From: Diadema antillarum
Lineage: Eukaryota
Reading direction: 5' to 3'
DNA: 64,000 bases
Assembly (NCBI RefSeq): GCF_040938485.1
Contig: NW_027271046.1
Location: 496,001 to 560,000, forward strand
This document shows, one piece after another, positions 1 to 13,823 of the stretch (within the stretch, counting starts at the first letter, position 1; every line of letters begins with the position of its first letter). The position numbers and the translations under genes are program-made. The notes under the pieces are model-generated. The model saw nothing but the letters and a program-made list of their open reading frames with translations, searched no databases and was not told where the DNA came from.

Positions 1-98
1 AATAATTTACAAATTACAGCTATTTACAAGAGGATATATAGATAGATTGGATTATACTGGATGACATAAACAGCGCCATAATCTCTGCATTGCATATT

Positions 99-288
99 CA
101 GTGTACTCCCGTTATAACAAACACGGTTATAACGAAATTCCGGTTACAACGAAGTAAAAAATCAGGCCGCAACATTATCCACTCAATGTTTTTTTTTTCC
201 CTTGTTTATTTGTTTGGTTATAACGAAATTCGATATAACGAAAGAGAACAGCCGGTCCCGACGACTTCGTTATAACGGGAGTCTACTG
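99..288. mobile_element. pogo/Tigger-like MITE
   Basis: TIR CAGTGTACTCCCGTTATAAC / GTTATAACGGGAGTCTACTG. Second copy at 1275-1449 and a fragment near 14549-14590. Confidence 0.75.
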
Positions 289-300
289 TCTTGCATTTAT

Positions 301-455
301 GGGGGCGCTGTGGCATAGCGGATGAGATTCCCGACTCCCGATCGGAGGACCCGAGTTCGATTTCCGCCCAGTGCTTACGTCCTTTGACAAGATATTTTTG
401 CCCACCATGTCCCTCTCGACCCAAGTGTATAAATGGATACCTAGTAACGCCAGGG
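301..455 (+). mobile_element. tRNA-derived SINE
   Basis: A box TGGCATAGCGG (311-321), B-box-like GAGTTCGATTTCC (353-365), body shared with 9722-9955. Confidence 0.8.
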
Positions 456-908
456 TCATGATATATTTTTATTATCGGTCGCTTTTACTTTGGGGATTTT
501 ATCCAAAACAATTTTGTTTTTGTTTTTTCCTCTGATGAAGTATAACCTTCTAGAGGCTAATGAATCTGCCTATCATCGTATGCTGGAAACTGATTTTTTA
601 AATATCTTTTTTTATGTATGAATATTATGTACATGACTGCTCAAGACATTCTGACTACATATATATCAAAAAGTGATATTTCGTCGGCGAGTAATGAGTA
701 TTCTAACATCCTCGCGAAATCAGGAATATCAGTCTATGATAATAAATGTACGTATACAATCGACATAAAGCTATTCAGTAGCCCTAATAGTAGTCGAACA
801 TCAGCCATTGAAAATGGTATTCTGCGTTAGACTTCAGTTTACATTTCGTACATAAACTTCGCCAAGATGCATGACATTTCGGTGTTTTTGTAGTTAGTGC
901 TTTTTTTC

Positions 909-3900
909 TTAGTGCAATACGTCACGGAAAAGGGGTGTGGTAGGCCTATATGGCATTGTGGGGTGACTCTCACTTCGTGTGTCCACAGAGTCAAAGGTCA
1001 AGTCGTAGACAACCTGATGTCCATTATCCCATCCGTACAGTTTCTGGTCATGTGGGTTGTAGTCCAGTGACATCATTTCACTGAAGCGGTTGTCGAAGGG
1101 TACTTGAAGCTCTCTGGACACCGCTGTCTTCGTGTCGTAGACAAAATTGACCTTACGAAGAAAACAAAATTAGAACACATCATCAAACGTAAGCGTTTGG
1201 TGTACACACACACGCACACCATTATGCGGAGTAAATGAAAGACAGATAGGCCGTCATAGACCGAACATTATAAACAGTGCACTCCCGTTATAACATACAC
1301 GGTTACAACGGAATTCTTGTTACAACGAAGTAGCAATTCGGGTCCCAAAATTATCATCTATATACTCAACTGCTCGGCTATAACGAAATTATGATGTAAC
1401 GAAAGAAAACTGCCAATCCCGAGGACTTCGTTATAGCGGGAGTCGCTTGTAGCTATTGGGTGTGACAAAGAAAGAAAAAATATAGAAAGGGTGGAGGGGG
1501 AGAGAGTGAAGGCAAGTGGTCGACCTCTCACAATTTAACCCTATAGTAACTGGGCTATTTGAGACCAAGTTTTTACTGGGGGGGGGGGGGTCAATTTGAC
1601 CCCCCTTCAGATCTCAGCCGCCAATCGCGTGATCGCCGCAACGAAATTTTGCTTGAACATAGAACTGGATTTCAACTACAAGATTACATGGTCATATCAA
1701 AGAAAAAAAATTGATTTTCTATTTTTAGAAAATTAATTATGCAGATTTACGCATGAAATCATATTTTCACCTATAACTCCATTAAAAAGACTGAATGATT
1801 GCTAAATTTTTGTGTAAGAGTTCCTCAAGACACATTGAACAATTTTCTTGTTAAAAAAATAGCACAATAAAAATCAGTTACTTTTGTTTTTTATTGTTTT
1901 GTTAATTTCTTATGTATTTCATTGTTTGTTGACCTTTTGTTTTGTATTGTTTTTTGGCAAAAATTTGTTGCAGGCACTTTTTCAAGCTTATCTACATTAA
2001 AATTGATTAATTTCAATGATTAAAAGTTGAAATAATCTAATTATATCAATTTAGCCAAAAAACACAATTTGCATTGGATTTGCACACGATATCATGAATT
2101 TGAGCCATTTTCGGGTTGACATGCATACGCAAAGCATTACGTAACTTCAGAACGGTGTACCCGGACATCGCAAATTTGGTCTCAAATCTTTGCGCGTTGC
2201 TGAATCGCGGCGCGAAATGGTGGGGGGGGGGGTCAAATTGACCCCCCCCCCCCCCCCCCCGTTAGAATAGGGTTAAGTATCTCATTGAACTCTGACTTAC
2301 TATTAGTACGTGACCTGAATTAGTGACCTTCTCACTTTCTCGAACTGTTCCAAAGAAGACAAGACGACAAATTTCAATTATCGATTATAGTATTGCCTCC
2401 TCGTTGCACGTGTATGTTTCAGTAGATTTATTGCTGTTGTTGCTGTGGCCCGTAGTTTTAATACTTACCGAGGCGTCGTTGCTGAAATGATTGTTGACGC
2501 AGTAGAGCTTGGCACAAATCATGAAACAGTTCCCCGCCGTGAATTTGGAGAAGGACGCCATCTTCGTCGCAGTAATATCCAGCGTCTGCGGGTCAAGTTC
2601 ACCCACCGCAATGCGATCTGACAAAGTGTGACGATTAAAGAAAAACATTATCAGTGCATTGCTCCAATCAATGATGAAGATACGAATACGTTGAATTCGT
2701 TTCTATCTTTTCTTCCTCACTTTATAGCATTTTGACATTTTTCATTTCGTGTCGATAAAAGAGATCGCTTGTCAGTGCGTCCTGCCATTTTCGCAGAAAC
2801 ATACAAATTTATAGAAAATTAGATATATTTTTACCTCTTTATCACACTGTGTAACAAAAGAGCACTTGACTTACCTCTTTCAGAACGCATGGAGAGTAAT
2901 ATTAACCTTAACATATGCCAGTAATATGTCGATGAAAAGTGCACTTTTCCACGAAAAAAAAAGAATTGTTATGGAATTCTCCTTATATTTTCTTTATATT
3001 GTTGCCATAATGACGTCATGAAGTGTAGAAGTCTTCTTGTCGAGCAATTTGACGGCACCGAAGCTTTAAAAGATTCATAACTGTTGGCTCGATTGTCTGA
3101 TTTTCTCAATCTCCCACTGATGTGTTCTATTAATTTTGCTGCTTTCATTCAATTCACATTATATTTGGACTTCAGTTTCATAAATTGGAACTTTGAAAAG
3201 TATCTGTAATTTGCATAAACTACCGCCCTGAAACACCTCTCGGTCTTTCCTGCAGTGATTAATGGCGATAAAACTAAGACGTACCTCCGTTTGATGACGG
3301 TGTGTAGATGACCCAGAGACCGTACTCGTCGACAGCCAGATCGATGTCGGTGTACCCCATGGACGCGTAGGCCCCGTCATTGTCTACCAGAGCGTCGGGT
3401 ATCTCTCTCGCGGCGACCACGGCGTTGCTGTCCGCCTGGTACCTAGCCATTGGACGGACGTGATTATGCGTTTTCAGTTTCGTTTATTCATTCCAATAAA
3501 AAATCCGTGGTTACAAAACACACAAAACAATAATCAATCGAAAATTGACATAATACAGACAAACAAGGTTCAAGCTTACATATAAGTTTGCCAAAAATCA
3601 AAAATTCATGGAAATGAAAAAGAGAACTAGAGAAAGGCCTTGCGGCCTTGTATGAAATAAGTTCCCTCAGGTATGTACGAGTACTAGATTATGGAGGCAC
3701 ATAGAGTGTTTTACAGTTTCGAGACAAGAACAGAACAAAAACAACAAAAACATATAGATGTAACAGTCATATGAAAATGTGTAGAAAAAATATATGGTTC
3801 AGTATCTGTCAAGAAAGTACTTTTTGAGAGATTTTTTGAACATCTTTGAATATTTTTGACAGCGTATATCACTTGACAAAGTTTTAATGGAAAGTTTCGA

Positions 3901-4546
3901 AAAACTTCACTAAAAATGACGATATAGCGAGAATACTTCCAGTCACAATAGCTTAAACCATCATTAACAATAATATACTTTGTTCTTGAATGACGGATAA
4001 TAGTGTTGTTGGGGTTTTTTTAAGAAAAGAAGAGAGAGAAATATGGGGTCCTATGGTGGAGATCAGTATACAACAGGTCAAAATATCGAGCGAGGGGAAC
4101 CGTCTTGATGGGAAACTTACCTGATCACTCGATTGCTGCCTTTTTCGTGGTAGTAGAGCGAACCGTTATAAGCTACCATTCCCGGCCCCTGGGAAGGGCT
4201 GCCCGTTGGGAGAATGAAGCGACTCTCGTAATTCGTGCCACGGGTAAAATCCGCCACGTTTGAGAAACGATCTACCTGGTACGTGAACCTGAAAACAGTA
4301 GAACGACATTGTCAGACGAAAGACAACTGACCTGGCACCATCAATACATTATACATAAGTATCTACCAGCGCGTATAGTGTGACTTCTACAGAGTTATAT
4401 TTGAGTGAAGCTATATTAGTGCAGTCATCTTTGCGATTTGAGGAGTGAGGAGTTGGTTGAGAGTCTCACTCAGTTTTATTCCCTCATTCAAATCAAATCT
4501 GTTTTCAAGACGATTTGTCACTTGAGTGTGTGTATATGTGCATTTA

Positions 4547-4579
<33 letters not shown>

Positions 4580-7500
4580 ATAATTCATGTAAATTGCACC
4601 ATGTGGCAAGTTTTGATAATTTGACAGGACATGTTTCTGCATTTGTCATGAGTTGCAGAAAATGTAAAATCGAGTATTAAATGGAAACATGACCCCGACT
4701 TTTGACTTTGCATCATTTTTGATATATTATTTACTGGGACCCCCTACCTTCTATGATATGGATACTAATTCATTAAGTGACTACAAGCATAACGCGTACA
4801 ACAGCTGCAGGCCCGGCTGAGACCCTGCATGGTCACACACAAGCGAAGACCGGTCGCCGACTATTCAACGACCACCGGGCCATCACTGGTAGGCAGTTAG
4901 CTGTCAGAGGGCGTACACATGATAGATTATTATGAAGTCGGCAAATGGCCCCAGCCAGAGTTCTGCGACCGGTTAGCTAACAAATGACTAGATGTTTTCG
5001 ATGCTGCATCGAAAACCAAAGCCAAACTGGTCGGCTGAAAGTGTTCTGGTCTTTAAGTAGTCGTGAAAATGTCGGCAACTGATCGCTGACTGGTCGTCAA
5101 CCTCTTTAGGACTGGTCTTCAGTGATTTCTGTCCTTTGGCAATGTTTGGCTTGAAGATTTTTGGTCGCCATCCAATTGCCAACAAATTGCCGACCCATTA
5201 AAAACTGACTGCCGATCGATTAACGACTAACTGCCGATCATTTGCCAAGGGGTCGTCAACCAGATTATAAGAATGTTCTAGAGTTTACGAGTCCACGTGT
5301 CGCGTCCACGTGTCAAGTTCTGCATCAAAAAAGTGATGCAGTCAACATTAATGTACTAGTACTTTGTCCTGACTTCAAAAAGCGATCCCTACAATATACC
5401 TAAGGGACTAAGAGAGTGTCAACGAATAGTAAGGGCAAGGGTATGGGGCAGGGAATGACAGCGACGACAGCCTTATTCACATGATCAAGCAATCTGTACT
5501 TCTGAGGCTGAGGGAGAGAGAGGTGTAGAGCAACTTGAATATTGTTGCCAAGCGCTAAACGAACATCAGCAACCAATCGGCGACCAATTTGTTTTGGTCT
5601 CAGTCACCGACCAGTTGCAGACCATTTGCAAACCAATCTGCGAGCAGATTTTTCTTCCTGTGAACAAAATTGCGAACATTTATTGCGAGGGGGTCTCACC
5701 TAGAGTTGCGGAATGGTGCGTACCACACCTTCTCGTAGTCCAGGACCGGGTCCCGGAACCAGGCCCCGGATCTTGTCCCTCGACCCCGGACAGTGAAGGG
5801 CTCTGACACTTGGACCAGGTCTCCGCAGCTGTCTGAAATCAGTAAAAAAACATGTACAGTACTCAATAGTGTGTAACAAAGCGACGGGTCCAACGAATAA
5901 TCCCATTGATTCCTATGCAATAAACGCGTCTACTACACTTATGAAGCCCTAGCTACATACAATATTACTAATGATGGCAATGATGATGTTTAGAGTGATA
6001 GAATAGATGTCGATGATATCAACGACATTGACAGTGACAACTGCTCATGCTCTGCTCAACTATTTAATTATCGTTGTTGTATTTCAAGGAATTCTGTAGA
6101 TTAACATTTCCAGTGGCAACATCAAGAAACTTCTTCATTATTGGCTGTTTTTAATGACAGAAATTATCTTTTTTTTTTATAAGATAGGCCTGATAATTTT
6201 TGACGGGTACGAAATGTTCAAATTATATGGCACAAACATTTTGCTGGTTAATCCAGTGAATCAGCCAGTATACAACGGCTCAAAGACTTCATGGCTCATT
6301 CTTGATTGTGAATTCGAAAAATAATATACAGTATATGACGATGATATGCACTCAATCATAAACACTTTTTACTCAAATCAGACTACAAAGACATTGATAT
6401 ATTCAATATGATAAAATTATCTACTTTTTCTCCATCTACCTACTACACCCATTTTGTCTTACCTATCTATCTCTTTATCTACCTATTGTCAGTCGACCAG
6501 TTCTATCTATCCATCCTTTGTCTTTACATATATTCCTCCTGCGGGGGGGGGGGGGGGGTATTCCATGAAGCGTTTTGTCAGAATTTTTGTTTGACAGACT
6601 GTTACAAGCTGCTGAAATCCTTGCATCTGATTAGCTGAGAGCAAATTTGTCAGAAAAAATATCCGACCAAAACGATTCATGAAATGCCCCTCCCCCGAGA
6701 CATCTCTCTTTTCTTTTTGTTTGTTGTTTTGTTTTGTTGTGGGTTTTTGTTTTGTTTTGTTTTGTTTTGTTTATTATTTCTTTCTTACCTTGTGAAGCAG
6801 ATGAAGCCCAGGGCTGGAACAAACGGTCACGTTGGTCCTCCGTGTAGGCCTGCTCACATTTGGCCAACTTTGCCTTGAGGTTTTCAAGCTGGTGGCGAAG
6901 AATACGAACTTCGTTCGGATTCGACAACTTTAGGTCTTGGATGATCTTTGTGAGATTCGCGACCTGTGCATGGCAAAAAAAAAAGAAGGAAAAAAAAAGA
7001 GAGAGAAAAAAAAAAGAAAAGGACTGAATGAAGGAAAACTGACAATCGGGTAAGAGAGACAATCGGATTGACAATCATCTCATATTCCTGGCTTCAGACA
7101 ACGCGAGTATGCTAGAAAACGTTTTAGTAAAGTGTGTGGAATAAAAAGAGCGGTGTTTCTTCTAGTTACGCTATATATCGGATGTCTTTCCTGTAACCAC
7201 GTAGGTACGCGCACGTGAACAAGCGAACTCTCGCACAAACGGAGATATAAACAGACAAACACAAACACAAAGACCACTATACGCGTCCTTTGCCGAAAGC
7301 ACAAAGAAGATGAGAAAATATCTGCTCTTGCCAATTCAGGGACACTAAATCAGCTGTTTGTTTTGTTGTATCGAGGCGTTTATCTTTCTTTCAAAGGGGA
7401 GGTTTCTTACATTACAGACTATTCGCAGTTGTCTGTGATGTTCAACTATCAAACATGCTCTATGTAGTGCCTAGAAGAAGAAAATAATATGGGACCTTTG

Positions 7501-10500
7501 GACCTTCTGAACATAATTATCCCCATGAGCAGCCAACAGCAGCCTATGTCACATCCCTCTCAATGATCAGCATGAGTGGTTGCTGTAGAATAACGTAAAT
7601 CACAATCGTGGCACAAATGCGTTTCCTAAACAGTGCGTTGTTAAGGGGCTTAAATTGCCTCTTCGTTAATCCAGAGGCTGAAGGATGTAATGGACTCTAA
7701 AGCATGCAAAAGTAGAATGCAATGTATAAGGTACTCTATTATGACTATTGTAAGTCTCTTGTGTCAGAAGTGAGTTTGTAATTTTGCCACCAGAACGTCT
7801 TTGTTCAAAAGTACAAATTTATTAATCCCATTTCAACTTGAAAAAGACTAACCTCTTCTTGAAGCTCCTGCACCTCTGGGACATCTTGCACGGCTGATCC
7901 GATCCTACATTAAACAGCAAATCAAGGGTTCAAGAGTTAAAATCAAGCATACAGAAACAGAGAACACATTTATTAGTTATGACCTGTACATCTCGCAACA
8001 TCGCTTTTCTCTGGTCCTGTGTAATGGTTCAGTGTCAGAGGTAAACATTTCAGGGGTGAAAAAATGGGATAAGAAATAAAAAAAAATAAAAATAAAAGGC
8101 TAGAGACTCAGATCATACTCGAGGGTCAGAAACTCCACGTCTCTGCCTGGCTTTTCAGAAGAGTAATCCACAAGGGGACGGAACTTACTGCTCGAGGCTG
8201 GACGACATCTCCTTCAATTCTCGGTGGATAACCTCCACCTCGGATACAGAGATGACGATGGTGCCATCAAGCACGCCCTCTAGAGTTTCCTGCGTCGTAT
8301 TCAGCGAGGAACCGACGCTCTCGAGTTCGATGTGGAGTTCGACCACGGTCTGGTTGTACTCGGAGAGCTGCTGTCGAAGTATCGCGATCTGGGTTGGTGT
8401 GAGATATGAAAACAGGAAGCACTCGAATATGTACGCATGGTTGCATCGGGGAAACCTTGGACTGCGCATATTACAAACATTCCCAAAGTAAGTCTACTTT
8501 AGGCCTATTCTTAGCCATCTTCACTCTATCGCAATGAAAATTAAATCTGCACAACTGCGTATACCATTTGTGATATAACTAGCAATGAATGCATCTAGAT
8601 TATGATACACAATATGTAAATGATACAGCCCTTGATGTGATTCGTTGTAGCTTATTGTACTTTCCCCACCCCGACATCTAAAAAATGCTATAGTCCGACA
8701 AACGTGAAACAAAACAAACAAAATCTCTCTCCAATCATCATCATAATAAAAAAAAAATAAACATCTTGACAAATTAATCGTTCGTATGATACTATTACTA
8801 ATTCACTGAAAATTTATCCCCTTAGCTGCAGAAGAATAAGAAATGATTGGCGAAAAACGTTTCTCAAAACGCGTTTTGCTATCCACAGAAACGACAATCG
8901 AAAACCATGTAGGCCCTATTTCATAAGATTAATGTAATAAATTTGAAAATGACAAGTTTGGGAATGGCTAAGATTACTTTGCATTCATTTATGGGTGTGG
9001 ACTTATATCTACTTTGATCGAAATATGGCACTCAAACTAATTCGATGGCATATTTTGATATCATGGTATTTAGAAGGCGGCTGTCAGTGTTTTTGGAGCT
9101 GGGATGAAGAGTTAGTGACTAGATTACACCTCTGTTTACCACAATAACTACCGGTCCATAGGTTTACTTGTGGGACTTGTGCTCATTTCACTCATGGGTA
9201 TAGAAAGGGTTAGAAGAGACTCACCTCGACTTCTGCTTTCTCGAGTCTCCTCAAGAACTGTGGTTCAACGTAATCTGTGCAGGTAACCAGACTCGGCCAT
9301 TCGGCACGGCATGTGCATTGGTCATTGGTGGTTTCTCCGGTCGTCGCTTCGGCAGTCGCTCGGGTGAGTTCGGGAGATACGGAGTGGTAAGCTTCGGTAT
9401 ACCCTGCGTGAGTTATACCCAAATCTCCTTTCTGCTGAAACAAAGGTGAAACAAAAGCTCCCTTTTATGATTTTGTTTTATTCGAATTATCACAGTGTCC
9501 GTGTGACTGTCTTTAGGTGTACATTTGTATTATATACATCTTATAGTGTATATGACATTGTGTGTGTTTGTATGTAGCTTGACATTTTCAGAATAACAGA
9601 GACACAGTTACAGCGTAAGCATGGTAAGTGGTAGCTCAGTTTGAAATATAGGGAGATCTCAAACGAAGATTCCTCCGTTATACATTGCAGCATTTCTACC
9701 CTGAACTAGAATTAAGGTAAAGGGGGCACTGTGGCATAGTGGATAAGACTCTCGACTCCCGATCGGAGGACCCGAGTTAGAGTCCCGCTCGCATCAGCGC
9801 TTACGTCCTTGGACAAGATGTTTTTACCCACAATGTCCCTCTCGACCCATGTGTATAAATGGGTACCAGGCAAAGCTAGGGCAATAAAAATGGCAGGGCC
9901 CTCTGGTAGAGCAGTGACAACACTGAAGAGGCCACCCTGGATAAATAAGACCTTATCATTATTATTATTGTTGTTATTATTATTACTATTGTTATTATCA
10001 TTATTATAATTCTTATCATTATTATCATTATCATTAATATCATTATCATTGTTATTATAATCATTATAATAATAATAATTATTATTATTATAATTATTGT
10101 TATTGTTATTATTATCATTATTATTATTATCAAGTAGCAGTAGCCAGAAGAAACATTTACTATGCAAAAAAAAATTTGCAGTAACATAATATGCAGAGAA
10201 TAGATTTTATCTATGCCCGTTTTAGGTCTGTCTGTCCGTATGATTAACATGAACGTGGCTCGGATAGGAAAACGTATATCATCTTATATTCTCAAGCATG
10301 ATAGAGAAAATATGTTGGTCTTTTAAGAAAATGGAGAGCATACAGACCATACGTGTGTTGTCCCTGGTCATCAGCAAAGACAAAAAAAAAATGATAATCA
10401 GACATATTTCGATTACTCTATAGTTCGATGAAAATAACATCACCTTAAGAAACTACTCAGACGCAATATAAAATAAGACTATGATGACATTATGATTACA

Positions 10501-10777
10501 TATTATACATACAGCATTCCAGCGACATAGATATTCGTAAAATTTATTTTATATAATTACTTTGTGTTCCTTTCGTTCAGAGCATTGCTTTCAGTTGAGT
10601 GCGGCTTAATAGGGACGTAATCCATAGAGATTATCAAAGTAATTAGATGACATTTTAACGTTCACCTCAAATCTTTGAAAACTTCAAATGTCTTACCAAT
10701 GCCCGTAGGCGTGTAGCGGAGATCGACAAGAAAATTGAGAATCGCAGCAGCAGTAGAAATACTGACGATGTTTCCAT
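909..10777 (-). CDS. Secreted olfactomedin-domain protein (noelin/amassin-like), 10 coding exons, about 521 aa
   Basis: Exons on minus: 10697-10777, 9225-9431 (or 9434), 8189-8388, 7853-7904, 6789-6963, 5700-5832, 4121-4288, 3285-3442, 2469-2617, 909-1151. All GT-AG, phases consistent, total 1566 nt. Signal-peptide-like start METSSVFLLLLRFSIFLSISA, CxC...C motif (CTCRAEWPSLVTC), coiled-coil region, then OLF motifs GAWFRDP, GPGMVAYNGSLYY, DIDLAVDEYGLWVIY, AGNCFMICAKLY, MMSLDYNPHDQKLYGWDNGHQVVYDL. Confidence 0.95.
1275..1449. mobile_element. pogo/Tigger-like MITE, copy 2
   Basis: Colinear similarity to 99-288 with repeated GTTATAAC/TAACGAAA motifs. Confidence 0.7.
1539..2272. mobile_element. 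piggyBac-like non-autonomous element
   Basis: TTAA|CCCTA...TAGGG|TTAA ends; subterminal GGGGGTCAAATTGACCCCC palindromes. Confidence 0.85.
6553..6692. mobile_element. Short Harbinger-like MITE
   Basis: Ends GGGGTATTCCATGAAG / TTCATGAAATGCCCC. Related copies near 33245-33375 and 38940-39045 share ctgaaatccttgcatctgatt. Confidence 0.6.
9722..9955 (+). mobile_element. tRNA-derived SINE, fuller copy with (TTA/TCA)n tail
   Basis: Same head and body as 301-455, extra 3' segment, ends in an expanded simple-repeat tail. Confidence 0.8.
9955..10132. repeat. (TTA/TCA)n degenerate microsatellite
   Basis: Direct inspection; it explains the poly-I/poly-N ORFs in the track. Confidence 0.9.
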
Positions 10778-11696
10778 GGTGGTGTATACTGTTTGAACAA
10801 ATCGAGGGTAAGTGAAGAATGAGACTTCAAGAGCTCAGCTTATATTTATCGCGCAACCAGTGCATCACAGCTGCCGTGGAATATCCTGCTTGGGTCGCAG
10901 GTCATAAACGTGTGGGAATGAACACCATGTCATTTTCTAGAAGTCATCTATCTACTGTCTTAAATCCAAGCAACGCGAAATACATCATGCACCACGCTCT
11001 TCAGAACCCTCCTACTCCAGACAAATCACCACCACCAACAACAACTAAACATACTGTTGCTTTACTGCGTCATCGCAGTGACGTCATGTGTGGGTGCCAG
11101 TGACGTTTGACAATCTTTTAACGATTTTGGGGTGTTTTTTGTGTTTTATTTTCATGAGACATTCACTTTCAAAGTGAAGGTGGTCGGAGAATATGTTATG
11201 TTTGAGTTTATTGTGTACCCTGATGACGTAATTCCTTGTTTCGGGAGGAGTCGGAGCTATGGCTGTAGAGAACGCATGTATACAGTTTGTTTTGTGGAAT
11301 TCTTATTTGTTCTGTCTAATACTGCTCTTAAGTTGAAGTGATTTGCAGCTCTGTAGTCACAACGGTAGTTGTGATTCAGGGATCCATAGTAACTTTCTTC
11401 ACACTTGCCCTTCGGCTAAGTATAGATTTTTTAATTTCCATTTACTTGCAGTATAGGAAACACTACTTGCCCTGAATTAAAAAGAAGAAAAAAAATCAAT
11501 TATTTCAATAGTAATATTATATATATAATATTTCAATATTAATTATTTCATTAGTTTCAATTCCAGAGACCATTAAGGCACAAAAAAAATTGTTATCTTT
11601 AATCTTGGGTTGCGAAAGCTGAAATTTGTGGTATACGAATTAAATCTATTTTTGCAACAGAGTGGAACAGAATAGACGAGTGGGCCTTATGAAGAT

Positions 11697-11826
11697 TTGT
11701 TTGTTTGTTTGTTTGATTGATTTCCATTTGAGAAGATGGCTGGATAGCCCATACTCAGCTGCAATAGCTGGTCTTCCATGGGGTCCAGTTGAATGTAAGG
11801 CGGGACCACCACCGGGTTAAACACCA
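11697..11826 (-). mobile_element. 5'-truncated copy of the second SINE family
   Basis: Matches 42765-42890 (gagaagatgg...gctggtcttccatggggtccagttg...) with a (TTTG)n tail. Confidence 0.75.
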
Positions 11827-13625
11827 CGAAGATTTCATGGACGTCTCGGAATATTTCTGAAGACTTTTACTTCATTTTTTCCCTTAGATTTTTACAGGGA
11901 ATATGTTGAAGAGGCCCATGGAGCCGTCATTCTGATGTTCATGATTCTGATGACGGTGCCATTAAACAAAGAATTAAGTATTTTGATGTATCTTTATCAC
12001 GGTTCCGTCTTTGCGTCACTCCTATAGTTGCTTGTTTTCGTGACACGACTCTCGCCTTCAAAACATCGATGTCACGGCACGCCCTCAAAGTTAGGCACGA
12101 AGGCAAATATTAAAAGTTCAGGCACTTTTTTGTGTCATTACGAATGCATCTCAGTACAAAATGACACATGTTTTATGTTTGTTATTTCTCTGTTTTTCTA
12201 TATTCCTCGTCTCTAAAGTTTGATTTATCATTTCGTCACTTGTCACGGCTCACTTGCACTGGCTAACCTTTGACGTATCCTGGATAGCGAAGATCCGCGA
12301 TACTTTTTTTTCGCGTGTCGGAACTTTGATGCTCAAATCCTGTTAATCGGAGAAGTCGATATGCCTGGAAATGTAGGCCAAATTGTCATCATCATAACTA
12401 AACGTTGAGGGAGACATGGCAATATGATACGATAATGTCTCTTGACTGAGTTCACCTGTCAAGAAGACGAAGCATAGTAATCTCATAAGTGATTATAGTG
12501 TATACAACTTTCTGTATTCTTGATCTTTGACATGCTACAGAAATTGCTAGTACATTAGCCGTAACTTGAGCGTTTAGAGAAAGAATTATTCAACTTTGTT
12601 TTGCAGACAATTTTACGTTCGTATATGATATCTTGTAAAGATCTTACTAGGAAAAAGGAATAAAGTTTTAAAATCAAGAAAAACTTCATAGAAAATTAAA
12701 CGCAAAAACATTAACGAAACAAGCAGAAGAAAAACAAAAACTGAACATCAAGCATAATTTGACATCAATTTGTCATAACGATGTGAATGTGGACTGATTC
12801 CGCAATGACTTTCTTTAGTGATATGTTCTGCAGCAGGTTTACCTGTTCCGGAACTGATTGTTTGCACATTGAGTCCACTGTTACTGGAAGTGTATACCAC
12901 TTCGGAGTTCATGATTGTGTTTGTTTGTCTGTTTTGTTTGTTTTTTTTGGTATGAAAGAAAATTGTCCATTGTAAATACACATATTTCTTGGTCGTTGGT
13001 ATATGCGGTAAGATGATACAGAAGAGTTTACGTTTGGCCTTATACAATTCTTTTTAACTTTACATCTGTTAGACAAAATGCACGCATTAGCACAATGATT
13101 ATAATTATAATCATGATAAAATCTGAGATCGCATTTCACTTTGAAAGAAACGAACTGTTCTCTTTTCTTTTCTTGTTATGCTTCAACATGCGACTACAGT
13201 ACAAACAGAGGTTTATCTTCATTTTCCCTTATTCTTAAGAGGTTGCAACTTTAAGCATTAGATAGCAGTCGAAATGTCTTTGACGTTTCACGTTTGTTTC
13301 CTGTCGAATTTTAATCTTGACGTATTCAACGCAAGTGACGGAATAATTCAACATCTACTGTTGGGAATTTAATTTGTCTTATGGTACTGATTGTGGCTAT
13401 AAGTCAACGATCGTTCCGATAAAGAAAACAAAAAGAATAAAATAAAGCATTTGCAGCAAAGCAATAAAATATTACGATCGATGTATGGCTTAATGACATA
13501 CCTCCCGCTACGACACTTACACACATAATAGTTGGCTACCACACGTACTCGAACCGTTGTTCGGTATTTCTGGGAAAAGATGCGTTTGGGGACCTTGTTT
13601 TCTGGAACCCCATACGGAGCTGACA

Positions 13626-13823
13626 AGGACAATATCCGGGCAATTACCCCCAAGGGGCAATTACCCCCCATTCACTACTGGTTAGTGGTAAGGTTAGAGT
13701 GAAGATTAGGGTTAGGGTTAGGTTTAGGGCTAGGACTAGGTTCAGGATTAGGATTAGGATTAGGGCCAGGGTAAGGGTCCGGGATTAATTGCCCAGGGGA
13801 TAATTGCCCTGGACAATACTCCT
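13626..13823. mobile_element. Small inverted-repeat element with an internal TTAGGG-like tract
   Basis: Arms GGGCAATTACCCC / GGGGATAATTGCCC enclose degenerate (TTAGGG/TTAGGA)n at about 13705-13775. Confidence 0.65.

Noticed and set aside
301-372. tRNA gene (also 9722-9795 and 43020-43090)
   Set aside because: A/B boxes are present but no clean cloverleaf was found, and the heads continue into shared multi-copy bodies and tails, so they are SINEs.
4840-5680. CGACC/GGTCG-rich patches
   Set aside because: Probably fragments of a degenerate non-autonomous element, but no termini or TSD could be defined.
9712-10250. Poly-N/poly-I ORFs (also 49917-50252, 58681-59364)
   Set aside because: Translations of simple trinucleotide repeats.
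11898-11977. Plus-strand exon-like segment, possible antisense RNA to the olfactomedin 5' region
   Set aside because: Splice-like signals only; expected by chance at this density and no partner exons could be linked.
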